Source of the DNA: an uncultured Alphaproteobacteria bacterium
GTDB taxonomy: Bacteria > Pseudomonadota > Alphaproteobacteria > Rs-D84
Assembly: GCA_947168075.1 (NCBI GenBank)
Contig: CAMVKK010000001.1
Location: 1 to 46,312, forward strand
DNA length: 46,312 bases
Direction: 5' to 3'
Part shown: in pieces, positions 9,848 through 20,384 of the stretch
Layout: the number at the start of each line of letters is the position of its first letter
How positions within the stretch are numbered: position 1 is the first letter of the stretch
Made by a program: the position numbers and the translations under genes
Notes under the pieces: model-generated
What the model was told of the DNA's origin: nothing
The model's input: the letters and a program-made list of their open reading frames with translations, nothing else
Databases searched by the model: none

Positions 9848-11036
9848 ATCTTATTTTCGACCTTAAAAATGCACGATATTTTTTACGGTTATCACGTCCC
9901 GGAATTACACAAGCGGACAATTTTATAAATACATTTAAAATCCTGTATGTGCACGTTTCCGCCGTATGCGTATTATTATAGATTTCATACAACCGATTAT
10001 ATTCATCTAAATCAGACTGATTCATATTAACATCGTCATTGTTATATTTTATTCCAAAATCGTCCATAAATGCGCGCATATATTTTGTCATACCTATCAC
10101 TTGTGGCATATCGGAATAATGCGGCGATTTATTTTTTTCAACGGACGCCGACACAAAAACACCACGCAACCCACGGGTGCGATTTATCAAAGTTTGTGTA
10201 CCGGCGGAATCTTTATTTTTACGATTGCGCTTTATCTGAATCACGGTTCCACCACGCGGCATAAATAATGCCAGATGCAGCCCCGTTCCCGCGCAGCCCG
10301 CCAATATATTACAATGCCCGACAACCGCTGCCTGGGCCTGTAACGACATTGTTTCTGGATAAATTATTTTAAACCCGTTTCGTTCAAAAATACTCTGAAT
10401 TTTTTCTTCGCCCAGTGTTCTGCGCGTTCCCATTTTAGCACGCGAAATATAAATTTTTTTACTATACCGCCCCGCCCCATTATCAATATTGTTTACAATA
10501 TAATCAAAAATTTTTCCGTATTCCGGTGATGTATATCTGAACATATCGAACGATTGGGTCGGAACATATACATTTCGAAACTGTACTGTTTTATCAATTA
10601 TTATTATGCGTTCCCGCGGCACCCCAACCAGTTCCATCATATCATACATAAATTGCGGAACAGTTGCATCTTTGTAATTTGCCAACACAACATATTTATC
10701 GCGCATGCCGGCACCCAGCATTGCATACGCCCGACAAAAATGTTCCAGTAAAAAATGACCAAAATGCGGCATTACGCCACCCATATAAACAACATCTTTG
10801 TCTATAAAATCAATATCAGATTTTTTTATTCTGGGTACGCGTTGACGGGCGCGACCACGCGTTTTAAAACTTTCCCGCACGAAATGAAATTGTTCATCAA
10901 AAACTCCATAACTGCCGTTTTGAATCGCGATAATACCATTTTTCACATGGACTATTTTGTTTTGTCGAACCCCAAGGCTAAATGTATTACGCCAAAACCA
11001 AAATTTATAGAAAAAATCAGAATAAACCGTTTTCAT
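9846..11036 (-). CDS. glycosyltransferase family 61 / DUF563 protein
   Basis: HFGHFLLEHF motif and a C-terminal ...YISR...R.L.NE..I....GF..IYPE..S...Q block typical of DUF563. The track start at 11045 is TTG and was trimmed to the ATG at 11036. Confidence 0.8.
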   Translation of the reverse strand: MKTVYSDFFYKFWFWRNTFSLGVRQNKIVHVKNGIIAIQNGSYGVFDEQFHFVRESFKTRGRARQRVPRIKKSDIDFIDKDVVYMGGVMPHFGHFLLEHFCRAYAMLGAGMRDKYVVLANYKDATVPQFMYDMMELVGVPRERIIIIDKTVQFRNVYVPTQSFDMFRYTSPEYGKIFDYIVNNIDNGAGRYSKKIYISRAKMGTRRTLGEEKIQSIFERNGFKIIYPETMSLQAQAAVVGHCNILAGCAGTGLHLALFMPRGGTVIQIKRNRKNKDSAGTQTLINRTRGLRGVFVSASVEKNKSPHYSDMPQVIGMTKYMRAFMDDFGIKYNNDDVNMNQSDLDEYNRLYEIYNNTHTAETCTYRILNVFIKLSACVIPGRDNRKKYRAFLRSKIR

Positions 11037-11152
11037 TAAACACAACTATACACCCCGCCCCGCCGCATTCGCAAGTATGAAATATTGGAAAAAATGTTTA
11101 TTCTGTTGCAAACAGCCTTTAAAATGACTATCTTTGAACAAAAGGGGCGCGT

Positions 11153-12091
11153 ATGGCATTACCACACATTTCAAAGCAAAGAAAAATATTATCACAAATT
11201 TTAACCTTTTGGATTCCGTCCAAGAAATACAGACGGGCTTTTCGTGGAATGTTACAATTTGGTCTGCTTAAACGGTGGCGCGTTTTGCGTAACGATCGGA
11301 AAAAGCACTTCGAAAACGAGGTCGCCATCGGCGCAATCATGAAGGACGAAGGACCATACTTAAAAGAATGGCTGGATTTTCATATTTTGGTTGGCATTAC
11401 AAAATTCTATCTTTATGACAATGGTTCAACCGACAATACGCGCGATATATTAAAGCCTTATATTGAACGCGGCATTGTGGAATATCATTGGTTCCCCGGA
11501 CAACGCATGCAATTACCGGCATATCTGGAAATTATAAACAATCATTCGGACGACACACGTTGGTTGGCATTAATCGATTTGGACGAATTTTTGGTTCCTG
11601 TTCACCACGAAACAGTTCCTGAATTTTTACATACTATGCCACAAAATTTCGCACAATTAATTGTGACATGGGTAATATACGGTTCATCTGGACATAAAAC
11701 CAAGCCAGACGGATTATTGATGGAAAATTATAAACGTCATGCGAAAAATACTTTTGGAATAAAATCTATTGTGAATCCACGACTTTTGGTGGAATACACA
11801 TGTCTGCACCAAAATCTGGTTGCGGGATGGACAATTGATAACAACGGCAAAAAACTTGGGCGCACACACCAATCGACCAACCCGCCGGCATATAATAATT
11901 TGCGGCTTAATCACTATTATACAAAATCATACGAAGAATACATGGCTAAATTCAAACGCGGAACCGCCACCGGTGAAAGCAGTGAATACCGCAATGCAGA
12001 AAAGTTCAAACTGTATGACCGCAACGAAGTCTATGACGACATTATGGATAAATATATTGAAAAATTGCACGCTATGAATTCGAACGAATAA
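11153..12091 (+). CDS. glycosyltransferase family 92-like (Glyco_tranf_2_4 type)
   Basis: AIMKDEGPYLKEWLDFHILVGITKFYLYDNGSTDNT ... LIDLDEFLVP. AAAGGGG Shine-Dalgarno site upstream. Confidence 0.75.
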   Translation: MALPHISKQRKILSQILTFWIPSKKYRRAFRGMLQFGLLKRWRVLRNDRKKHFENEVAIGAIMKDEGPYLKEWLDFHILVGITKFYLYDNGSTDNTRDILKPYIERGIVEYHWFPGQRMQLPAYLEIINNHSDDTRWLALIDLDEFLVPVHHETVPEFLHTMPQNFAQLIVTWVIYGSSGHKTKPDGLLMENYKRHAKNTFGIKSIVNPRLLVEYTCLHQNLVAGWTIDNNGKKLGRTHQSTNPPAYNNLRLNHYYTKSYEEYMAKFKRGTATGESSEYRNAEKFKLYDRNEVYDDIMDKYIEKLHAMNSNE

Positions 12092-13073
12092 AGCGTAATA
12101 TGCGCCGCCGATACCGCCGTGCGTGCATCCCAGGTGCCAAATCCAGTATACCGTCCAATTCCATTTTTTTGAATGCTTTGGCAATTTCATTCCGTGTTGC
12201 GATATCCGATGTCCGCACCGCACCGCGGTATACACGACTTAGTATCGACCATAAAAATCGTTTATACCAAATTCGCGCATCGCGCCGATTCGCATTTTTG
12301 CGATATTCTTTGGCAACCGTACTAAAACCAACCAATGTATCAATTGCCGTCTGTCCAGCCCCGCCATGTAACGCAGAATTTTGATTAACAGTATAATAAT
12401 ATAGCGGCAACCGCGTAACCACCCCATTTGGACGCCGCAACAACACATACGACCAAAACACCGTATCTTCTAACATACGCATATTTGTATTAAACCGCAA
12501 ATTGCCCAGTTTTTTACGGCGATACATACGCATTGTGGTCATTCCTGTCTGTACATACCACGAATTGGGTCCATAATCTCGATTCGTTGATTTAGTAATA
12601 AGATTCTTTACATATCTGTATTTTATCTTGTTTACATCATATTTATTGTTAAAAGATTCGGGCATTTTATTTGGCGGGAAATTAACCGCATCCGGCGCAT
12701 TATGTGCATCGCGATCATATTCAAATGCCACAACATCAACCTTTTCCCTTTTTGCGATATTGTAAAGAATTTCCATCGTTTGCGGATGAATACAATCGTC
12801 CGCATCCAAAAACATAATATATTCCCCGTCCGCCATATCCAAAGCGGTATTACGCGCCGCAGAAACGCCGGCATTTTTCTTGTGCACGACGACAAAACGA
12901 CTATCGCGCTCCGCATATTTATCGGCAATCTTACCCGATTTGTCCGGCGAACCATCATCAACCAATATCGCCGACCAATCGGCAAAAGTCTGATTTAACA
13001 CAGAATCCAAACACCGCGGCAGGTATTTTTCCGCTTTATACACAGGGATAATTATAGTTATTTTGGGCGACAT
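12072..13073 (-). CDS. glycosyltransferase family 2
   Basis: IIIPVYKAEKYLPRCLDSVLNQTF..VDDGSPD..NAGVSAARN..FLDADD. The 3' end overlaps the convergent GT92-like gene by 20 nt. Confidence 0.9.
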   Translation of the reverse strand: MSPKITIIIPVYKAEKYLPRCLDSVLNQTFADWSAILVDDGSPDKSGKIADKYAERDSRFVVVHKKNAGVSAARNTALDMADGEYIMFLDADDCIHPQTMEILYNIAKREKVDVVAFEYDRDAHNAPDAVNFPPNKMPESFNNKYDVNKIKYRYVKNLITKSTNRDYGPNSWYVQTGMTTMRMYRRKKLGNLRFNTNMRMLEDTVFWSYVLLRRPNGVVTRLPLYYYTVNQNSALHGGAGQTAIDTLVGFSTVAKEYRKNANRRDARIWYKRFLWSILSRVYRGAVRTSDIATRNEIAKAFKKMELDGILDLAPGMHARRYRRRILRFIRSNS

Positions 13074-13141
13074 TATTTTTTACCTTGTTGCAAAATTATC
13101 TGAACGTGTAATAATTATATTATGCCAAAGGAATAAAATCC

Positions 13142-13987
13142 ATGACAAAACGATTATTTATTTTTGCTGGATACGATGCAAATGGTGTTATTGATGACGC
13201 ATTACTTCACTATGTGCGTGCGCTGTCGCGGCATGGTGATATTGTTCTTTGTATGGATTCTGATTGTAAAAAGTCTGAACTAGATAAAATTAAACCATTT
13301 GTATTACATGCCATTGCGGTACGCCATGGCGAATATGATTTTGGTTCATATAAACGCGCATACACTTGGGCGCGCGATAAAAAGATACTGACAAATTACG
13401 ATGATATATACCTGGTCAATGATTCTGTATTCGGACCTTTGTTTGATATAAAACAGACTTTAAAGAATATGGAATCAACAAAAACAGATGCCACCGGGTT
13501 GGTTGTTGCGCACCACAAAACACATGCGTATATGGAATCGTGGTTTGTGCGGTTGGGTAAAAAAGTATTTTTATCCCAATGGTTTGATACATTTATCATG
13601 TCTGTTCAACACGAAGAACATAAATATATTATAACTGTAAAATATGAACACGGTCTAACCAATTTGATTCAAAGCAATGGATGCACATGGGCCGGGGCTT
13701 ATAATGTTCGCGGACGACATACATATAACAATCCAAAACGCCTGTTTCAACACGGTTGTCCATTTATAAAACGCGCCTGTTTTACCCGACACAACGGGGC
13801 GGCTGGGGCACAGATACGATACATAATGAATCATATTGCGACAAATATTCGTAATGCAATTATGACAACTTCAAATCGTGTATATGGCGAAAAATATATG
13901 TGTTGGCTGATGACCGGCAATCCCATAAGAATTTGTATACGCAATATAAAATACGCGTTTAAAAAATTAAAAAGTGGCGAAATATGA
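13142..13987 (+). CDS. rhamnan synthesis protein F (RgpF/COG3754)-like polysaccharide biosynthesis protein
   Basis: Motifs GEYDFGSYKRAY and IYLVNDSVFGPLFD match the RgpF-family blocks as I remember them. Confidence 0.7.
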   Translation: MTKRLFIFAGYDANGVIDDALLHYVRALSRHGDIVLCMDSDCKKSELDKIKPFVLHAIAVRHGEYDFGSYKRAYTWARDKKILTNYDDIYLVNDSVFGPLFDIKQTLKNMESTKTDATGLVVAHHKTHAYMESWFVRLGKKVFLSQWFDTFIMSVQHEEHKYIITVKYEHGLTNLIQSNGCTWAGAYNVRGRHTYNNPKRLFQHGCPFIKRACFTRHNGAAGAQIRYIMNHIATNIRNAIMTTSNRVYGEKYMCWLMTGNPIRICIRNIKYAFKKLKSGEI

Positions 13988-14820
13988 AAAAATTAAAAAA
14001 GATTGCAGCAATTACAATGTCGCGGGACGACGAATTTTTTCTGTCCCGTTGGATTGCGTATTATGGAAAGCAATTTGGAACCGAAAACCTTTATATTTTA
14101 TTGGATGGCACAGACCAAAAAACACCGCTTAATGCCGGAAACGTGCACATAGCGAAGTTACCACATACACAAATGTCACGTGCCACGGGGGATAAATATC
14201 GCATTGGTAAATTATCAGAACTGGCGCACGAATTATTAAAAACATATGATATTGTTATTGGCTGTGATACAGATGAATTTTTAATTGTTGACCCAGATAC
14301 TAAAAAAACACTGGCGGAATATTTATCATCATTAAAAATAAAAACAACGGTATCTGGATTGGGACTGGATGTGGGTCAAAATATGAAACATGAACAGCAG
14401 TTAGATATGGAAATGCCCCTGTTGGAACAACGCGAATATGCATTGATATCCACCCGATACACAAAACCAGTCGTCATAAATCGTCCCGTGCGTTGGGGCA
14501 GCGGTTTTCACAGTATAAAGAATCACAATTTCCACATTGATCCAAATTTATACTTACTTCATTTTGGCGCGGTTGATATGGATATGTTGATTCGCAAAGC
14601 CGAAAAACGCGGTCCCGATTGGGTGAATCACCTGCGCCGGCGTGGCAACGGAACAATTAACGCCGTAACAAACAAAAAGCCGCAAAGCCAGCAATTCATG
14701 CACATAGCGCGAATTATGCAACAAATTTTTCGTCCAATATATGCGTTTGATAAACCAGGTATGTTGGGATTAAAACGCGTTGTAAAAATACCGGCCCGAT
14801 TTAAAAAATCTGGTATTTAA
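13984..14820 (+). CDS. glycosyltransferase (GT2-like, Glyco_tranf_2_4 type)
   Basis: ITMSRDDEFFLSRWIAYYGKQFG..LYILLDGTDQ ... GCDTDEFLIVDP. ATGA overlap with the upstream gene. Confidence 0.65.
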   Translation: MKKLKKIAAITMSRDDEFFLSRWIAYYGKQFGTENLYILLDGTDQKTPLNAGNVHIAKLPHTQMSRATGDKYRIGKLSELAHELLKTYDIVIGCDTDEFLIVDPDTKKTLAEYLSSLKIKTTVSGLGLDVGQNMKHEQQLDMEMPLLEQREYALISTRYTKPVVINRPVRWGSGFHSIKNHNFHIDPNLYLLHFGAVDMDMLIRKAEKRGPDWVNHLRRRGNGTINAVTNKKPQSQQFMHIARIMQQIFRPIYAFDKPGMLGLKRVVKIPARFKKSGI

Positions 14821-15968
14821 TGTGTATCCAAAATCAGATTATGAATTTGTTCTGATATTTCATTTGCATCAAAACGTTTCATATTTTTTGTTGCGACGTT
14901 TACCATCTTTTTAACATTAACAGTGTTATTCCAAACCGCATCCATATAATTTGCCAACACATCGGTATCACCAACATTAAATAGCAACCCGGCGCGACCG
15001 TCCATTAAAACTTCACGCGGCCCATACGCACAATCGGACGCAATGTTTAATGTTCCAACCGCGGCGGATTCTATTAATACAATTGCAAAACCTTCGCCGA
15101 CACTGGACAATATATTCGCACGCGCATCCTGCATTAAACCAAACGGATTATTTACTGTTCCTGTAAAAACGATATGATTTTTCGCACCCACACCATGCGC
15201 AACCGATTCGAATCGTGCCCGTGCATATCCATCACCAACAATTAATAAATCCACATTTGGTTTATTATTTTTCCGCCAAAATTTATCAAATGCCCGAATT
15301 AATGTTTCGATATCTTTGCCATTAACCAGTCGCGAAACAGACACAAAATAGTCCCCATCACGTGTTGGTGCCACACCCGCCATTTGCCGCACAACATCAA
15401 CATCAATTGGATTATAAATTCGCATAATTTTTTCGGCGTATGCCGGATATTGTTGTCGCAGTTCATCCGCAAAAGCATCCGTTAATACAACAAAACGATT
15501 ATAATTGGCAATATGATGCACATAGCCGCCATTGTGAAATTTTGCCGATGAAGAATGCCACCATGCGATTTTAGAAATTGGTAATTTTTCAACCTCGCGC
15601 ACGCAATCAAAATCATAGTAATCGACAATAACATCTATATCACGAAACGCGCGATTATTAAAAAATTTTCGCCGTGTCCATCGATATACATCACGCGCTA
15701 TGTGCTTTAATAAGCGCCATACAAAGAAATGAGGCAAATCGGTTCCCAAAAATCGTGATGGATAAAGTGTCCGCACAGAAATATTTTTATGCGAAGCAAA
15801 CCAATCGCGCCAAACATCACGAATCGGTGTATATGTAATAACTGTTATATCCAGATCACGATAATGCGACAATTTATCCAGTGTACGCGTCAGAACGCTT
15901 TCGACACCGCCGACCTTTAAATCACGCAAACAAAACGCAACATGAATTTTGCGTTTTTTATTATTCAT
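14817..15968 (-). CDS. glycosyltransferase family 4 (GT-B fold)
   Basis: 383 aa with a C-terminal E-x7-E-type block (SSVGEGFAIVLIESAAVGTLNIASD). Confidence 0.85.
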   Translation of the reverse strand: MNNKKRKIHVAFCLRDLKVGGVESVLTRTLDKLSHYRDLDITVITYTPIRDVWRDWFASHKNISVRTLYPSRFLGTDLPHFFVWRLLKHIARDVYRWTRRKFFNNRAFRDIDVIVDYYDFDCVREVEKLPISKIAWWHSSSAKFHNGGYVHHIANYNRFVVLTDAFADELRQQYPAYAEKIMRIYNPIDVDVVRQMAGVAPTRDGDYFVSVSRLVNGKDIETLIRAFDKFWRKNNKPNVDLLIVGDGYARARFESVAHGVGAKNHIVFTGTVNNPFGLMQDARANILSSVGEGFAIVLIESAAVGTLNIASDCAYGPREVLMDGRAGLLFNVGDTDVLANYMDAVWNNTVNVKKMVNVATKNMKRFDANEISEQIHNLILDTH

Positions 15969-15970
15969 GA

Positions 15971-16990
15971 CTAAATATCCCCACGCGCAAACCGTACCAG
16001 ATTATATTTCATTTCGCACCAATCGCAAGTTGGACATTCCAACGCGCCAGACAAAACTAACCCACGCATCAACGCACGCGCGGCTTCTATATCGGCGGTT
16101 GTTTCCATATATCGCACTTTACGAAAAGCCCAGTTTACAAAATACCACATAAAATTATCCGCCCACATTTTCAACTGATACGGGGTTGCATTTTCACGAT
16201 ATGCCGCGTATGCAGTTTCAATACCAATGCATAAACTTTGCATAATACGCAACTGTTTTGCCGCCAACACAATACCATTAAAATTAGGAATATAGAAATA
16301 TAATGGCAACGGCATAATTGTAACACGCGGATTTTTCAGCATAACCATTGACCACCACGGAAAATCTTCGAACAAAATGCCCTTTATAAACGGTATGTCG
16401 GCAATCAATTCACGACGGTACATGTTTTTCCAAACCTGGCAATGCTTAATCAACCATTTGCGCTTTGGATGAAACATATTGTGTGTCCGTTCGGTCGCAT
16501 AGCGATAAACATCATCCGTAACCAGTGTTTTAACCTTATTTGGTTTATATTTTTTATGCAACCGACGCGGAACAACATTATCTGTATTCATATGCAGAAA
16601 ATGCCGCACAATTAAACGCGGACGATAATGTCGATCGTATGTAAATGACACAACGTCTGAATTATCGCGTTGCGCCATATAATATGCTAATTCCATTGTT
16701 TGCGGATGGATAAAATCATCACTGTCCAGGTACATAATATATTCACCCCGCGCATGCGGGAACCCCGCGTTTCGTGCATCAGACAAACCACCGTTTGTTT
16801 TGTTTACGATTTTAAACCGCTTATCACGCCCGGCATATTCAGCCAGTATTTTACCGCTGTTATCGGGACTGCCGTCGTTGACACAAATCGCTTCCCAGTC
16901 TGAAAAAGTCTGGTTCAACACCGAATCCAAACACCGCCGCAGGTATTTTTCGACATTATACACCGGTATTATGATAGATATTGCTGGCAT
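15971..16990 (-). CDS. glycosyltransferase family 2
   Basis: IIIPVYNVEKYLRRCLDSVLNQTF..VNDGSPD..NGGLSDARN..YLDSDD. Paralogue of 12072-13073. GGGGGG Shine-Dalgarno site upstream. Confidence 0.9.
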   Translation of the reverse strand: MPAISIIIPVYNVEKYLRRCLDSVLNQTFSDWEAICVNDGSPDNSGKILAEYAGRDKRFKIVNKTNGGLSDARNAGFPHARGEYIMYLDSDDFIHPQTMELAYYMAQRDNSDVVSFTYDRHYRPRLIVRHFLHMNTDNVVPRRLHKKYKPNKVKTLVTDDVYRYATERTHNMFHPKRKWLIKHCQVWKNMYRRELIADIPFIKGILFEDFPWWSMVMLKNPRVTIMPLPLYFYIPNFNGIVLAAKQLRIMQSLCIGIETAYAAYRENATPYQLKMWADNFMWYFVNWAFRKVRYMETTADIEAARALMRGLVLSGALECPTCDWCEMKYNLVRFARGDI

Positions 16991-17007
16991 ATTCGCCCCC
17001 CGTGGTT

Positions 17008-17922
17008 TTATTTATACATTTTATTTATCATGACATCCGCGAACGAATCGGGTACCGGGTTTTCCGTTCCGCGATATGTTGTTTTTTGAAAGAACGATTC
17101 TGATGTTAATTTATCAAATATTTTTTTATCAAAAGGTTGGTCTTTGTATGCCCACCAAAGCGCATGAGTCGGATCTTGGTCAACATGCGGCATTTTTTTG
17201 AAATATTTTTTTGCGCGCGGGTCGTTTTCGATCAATGTTCTGAACAATAACTGGTGCATAAAATAATCCAGTGTATGATTTTCGTGCATCCAGTAATCCA
17301 AAATCATCGCCCGCCACGCCGCCAGCAAGTATGCCCCACGGCGCGCGCGGATAAAGCAATTTTGCATGAACGAATACGGGCTGCCCCCGATATTATAATT
17401 ATGCCCCGCCAGATACACAAAGAAATCGCAATCAGAAATCCATTTTGGAATTGGCGATGTAACGAACCCGGTGGCATCCAGCCAATAACCGCCATAGCGA
17501 TAAAGTAATTCCACACGACATATATCTGCAAAGTGTGCATTACCAATTTTACCATCGCGATATTTGTTCACTATTTCAGCGGGCAAATCGATATAGTCAA
17601 AAATGGAATCCGCATCCAAAATAACCAGTTCCTGTTTACAATGTTTACGCACACTTTTGAAACAGGCTTTTACCAACTTTGGCGCATGGCTTTCGCCCTG
17701 AAGCCAGATTGTCCAAATTTTATCGTTTTTATCATCTTTGATAACAGGTTCTTCTTTGACTGCGGCGGCGGCGGGCAAATAGCGCTTAAAATACTTTGTT
17801 GCAACTTTTGCCGTATAGTCCGTCCGAACACGACGCCGTGCCGCACGCGAACGCCATGGCCAATTCAATATATGACCACGAATCACGATTTTAGTTAATA
17901 CCCATGCACGCGCGATGTTCAT
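17008..17922 (-). CDS. capsular polysaccharide synthesis (Caps_synth / DXD sugar-binding glycosyltransferase) protein
   Basis: IWTIWLQG...K.C..S..K......L..D....Y..LP......Y..G.I..AHFADICRVELLYRYGGYWLDAT. Start trimmed to the ATG at 17922, which has GGAGGGG upstream. Confidence 0.75.
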   Translation of the reverse strand: MNIARAWVLTKIVIRGHILNWPWRSRAARRRVRTDYTAKVATKYFKRYLPAAAAVKEEPVIKDDKNDKIWTIWLQGESHAPKLVKACFKSVRKHCKQELVILDADSIFDYIDLPAEIVNKYRDGKIGNAHFADICRVELLYRYGGYWLDATGFVTSPIPKWISDCDFFVYLAGHNYNIGGSPYSFMQNCFIRARRGAYLLAAWRAMILDYWMHENHTLDYFMHQLLFRTLIENDPRAKKYFKKMPHVDQDPTHALWWAYKDQPFDKKIFDKLTSESFFQKTTYRGTENPVPDSFADVMINKMYK

Positions 17923-17950
17923 TTTCCCCTCCGCTTTTTGTGTTTTTGGT

Positions 17951-19024
17951 TTATGATTCTGCAACCTCGCTTTCATCTTCTGATGGCCCGGTTGTCATTT
18001 CTTCGGCGATACCAGATGAACGCGCCATAATCTTATCCAACAATTCTTGTTGCACATCCGGATGGTCTTTTAACCACTGACGCGCGTTGGCTTCGCCCTG
18101 ACCTATTCTTTCGTTATTATAAGAATAGAACGACCCCGCCTTTTCGATAATGTCATATTTCACCCCCATATCCAAGATTTCACTGATACGAGAAATGCCT
18201 TCGCCATACATAATTTTGAAATCAACGGTGCGGAACGGTGGTGCAACTTTGTTTTTCACAATTTTAACGCGGGTTTCGTTTCCGACAACATTTTCTTTAT
18301 CCTTTACCGCACCCGTCCGGCGAATATCCAAACGCACCGATGCATAGAACTTTAACGCATTACCACCCGATGTTGTTTCCGGGTTACCAAACATAACGCC
18401 AATTTTCATACGAATCTGGTTAATGAAAATCAACAGTGTATTACTGCGCGAAACAGACCCCGCCAACTTTTTAAGGCTTTGCGACATCAAACGTGCGGTT
18501 GTTCCAACAAACGAATCGCCAATATTGCCTTCTAATTCAGCCTTGGGCACCAATGCGGCAACCGAATCGATAACCACAACATCAACCGCCCCGGACTTGA
18601 TAAGTGTATCTGCGATTTCCAACGCCTGTTCACCCGAATCAGGTTGCGAAATGATTAATTCAGAAACATTAACACCCAACTTTTTTGCATATGATGGGTC
18701 CAGCGCATTTTCCGCATCAATATATGCACATGTGCCACCCTTCTTTTGTGCCTCGGCCACGGCATGCAACGCCAGTGTTGTTTTACCAGAACTTTCCGGT
18801 CCATATATTTCGACAATACGACCGCGTGGATAACCACCAATTCCCAACGCAATATCCAACCCCAACGAACCAGATGAAATCGCCTCTATATTCTGTTGTG
18901 AACCATCGCCCATTTTCATAATGGCTTCTTTACCGAACTGCTTTTGAATTTGCGCCAGCGCAGATTCCAACGCGGGGTTGCGTGCCGGTGCAGTATTTTC
19001 CTTTGAAACTTCTTTTTTTGCCAT
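17951..19024 (-). CDS. recA: recombinase RecA
   Basis: 357 aa with Walker [10 protein letters not shown] and typical L1/L2 regions. Confidence 0.98.
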   Translation of the reverse strand: MAKKEVSKENTAPARNPALESALAQIQKQFGKEAIMKMGDGSQQNIEAISSGSLGLDIALGIGGYPRGRIVEIYGPESSGKTTLALHAVAEAQKKGGTCAYIDAENALDPSYAKKLGVNVSELIISQPDSGEQALEIADTLIKSGAVDVVVIDSVAALVPKAELEGNIGDSFVGTTARLMSQSLKKLAGSVSRSNTLLIFINQIRMKIGVMFGNPETTSGGNALKFYASVRLDIRRTGAVKDKENVVGNETRVKIVKNKVAPPFRTVDFKIMYGEGISRISEILDMGVKYDIIEKAGSFYSYNNERIGQGEANARQWLKDHPDVQQELLDKIMARSSGIAEEMTTGPSEDESEVAES

Positions 19025-19084
19025 AAAATTCCCCTTTACTTAACAGTCAAATCATACAAGGAAAAAACGCCCCACGCAACAGAT

Positions 19085-20272
19085 TTATTTATGTGGCGTA
19101 ATAATAATTCCAACCGTCAAAGCCCCAACAACCGCCGGTATGAACCACACCGCCGATGTCGCACCAAAATATGTAATACATGCCGCCGCCAACACCGGAG
19201 TTATAAAGTTCGGCAAATAAACACTTGTCCGAAAAACGCCGTAAAACCGCGCCTGTTGCTCTGGTTTCACATTATCAAAGAACATTAAATCATGCACAGG
19301 TTCCATAAACGCACCCGAAATTTGCCATAATACAAATATCGCCAATAACGGATATCCCGCCACCAATGTCGCCGCCGCCGCAAAAATCGCAAACGATGCA
19401 AACCCCAGTATTAACCAGATGTTTTTACCATATTTTCGCACTGCGCGCCCCATAACCTCGGCCAATACAATGTACGGGATTATACCCAATGTCAAAACCC
19501 AACCAAGTGTATCTTTGGTAAAACCATTTTCAATGACCACAATCGGCACATACAGCAATCGCACTGCGCGCAATGAATAGTATCCAAAGTTAATAAGGTA
19601 TGCACGCAACATACCCGATGTACCAAAGAAAGCCCGTGTATTTTTCCATAACGCCCGAAAAGTACGGCGCGGATTAACGGGTTTAATTTTTTTATCTGGC
19701 TGAACAATATGGAACCATTTAAAAAATAACCATGCCAATATATATATGATTGAAGATGCCATAAATGCAGACCTGTTACCGTGTGCAGTCGCTATGATAA
19801 CGGCAATCATCGGTGCGAACAGCGCCCCAATATTTAACCACAAATGATACCGCGCATTAAGCCGCGCCATACCAATTTTACCGGCAAAATCAGACATAAA
19901 CAGCGGAACCAACATCTGGCTTAGTGTAATTGCGATACCGGTTGTGAAATCAAGTGTAATAAATGTCCGCGGCAGAATCGAAAAACTCATCATCGCATAA
20001 CCTGCCGCCAACATTAAAAGCACGGTATAAAACACGCGCACTTTGGAAAATCGGCGAAATATCTCGTTTGCGAAAAGCCCCACAAACATACAGAACGCCG
20101 CATAAAGCGCGACATACAAACCGACAATTGCACTGGAACGGAATATTTCCAAAATCACCAATGAATAAACGGCATTATAAATACCATCGGCAAACCCGGT
20201 AAACAACCCCAGATTTGCGAACGAAAAACCACTGACGCGATGATTAAAAGAAATATACTTGTCCCCCGCCAT
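19085..20272 (-). CDS. MFS transporter
   Basis: 395 aa with about 12 hydrophobic segments. TATAAT and GGAGAG upstream. Confidence 0.85.
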   Translation of the reverse strand: MAGDKYISFNHRVSGFSFANLGLFTGFADGIYNAVYSLVILEIFRSSAIVGLYVALYAAFCMFVGLFANEIFRRFSKVRVFYTVLLMLAAGYAMMSFSILPRTFITLDFTTGIAITLSQMLVPLFMSDFAGKIGMARLNARYHLWLNIGALFAPMIAVIIATAHGNRSAFMASSIIYILAWLFFKWFHIVQPDKKIKPVNPRRTFRALWKNTRAFFGTSGMLRAYLINFGYYSLRAVRLLYVPIVVIENGFTKDTLGWVLTLGIIPYIVLAEVMGRAVRKYGKNIWLILGFASFAIFAAAATLVAGYPLLAIFVLWQISGAFMEPVHDLMFFDNVKPEQQARFYGVFRTSVYLPNFITPVLAAACITYFGATSAVWFIPAVVGALTVGIIITPHK

Positions 20273-20337
20273 ATTATGCGTACTCTCTCCTGTTCCGAGT
20301 ATTATACCATAAAAAAGTGGTTAGTGTTAGTGTATAG

Positions 20338-20365
20338 TATAAAAAACCGCCCAATCGGGCGGCCA
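20338..20365 (-). terminator. intrinsic terminator after secB
   Basis: On the minus strand: CCGCCC-gatt-GGGCGG followed by TTTTTT. Confidence 0.7.
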
Positions 20366-20384
20366 TAATAACAATTACAAGAAA

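Noticed and set aside
19025-19084. LexA/SOS box or terminator between the MFS gene and recA.
   Set aside because: There is no GTTC-N7-GTTC or CTGT-N8-ACAG motif. The GCGTGGGGCG plus T6 element can form only a ~3-bp stem, too weak to call.
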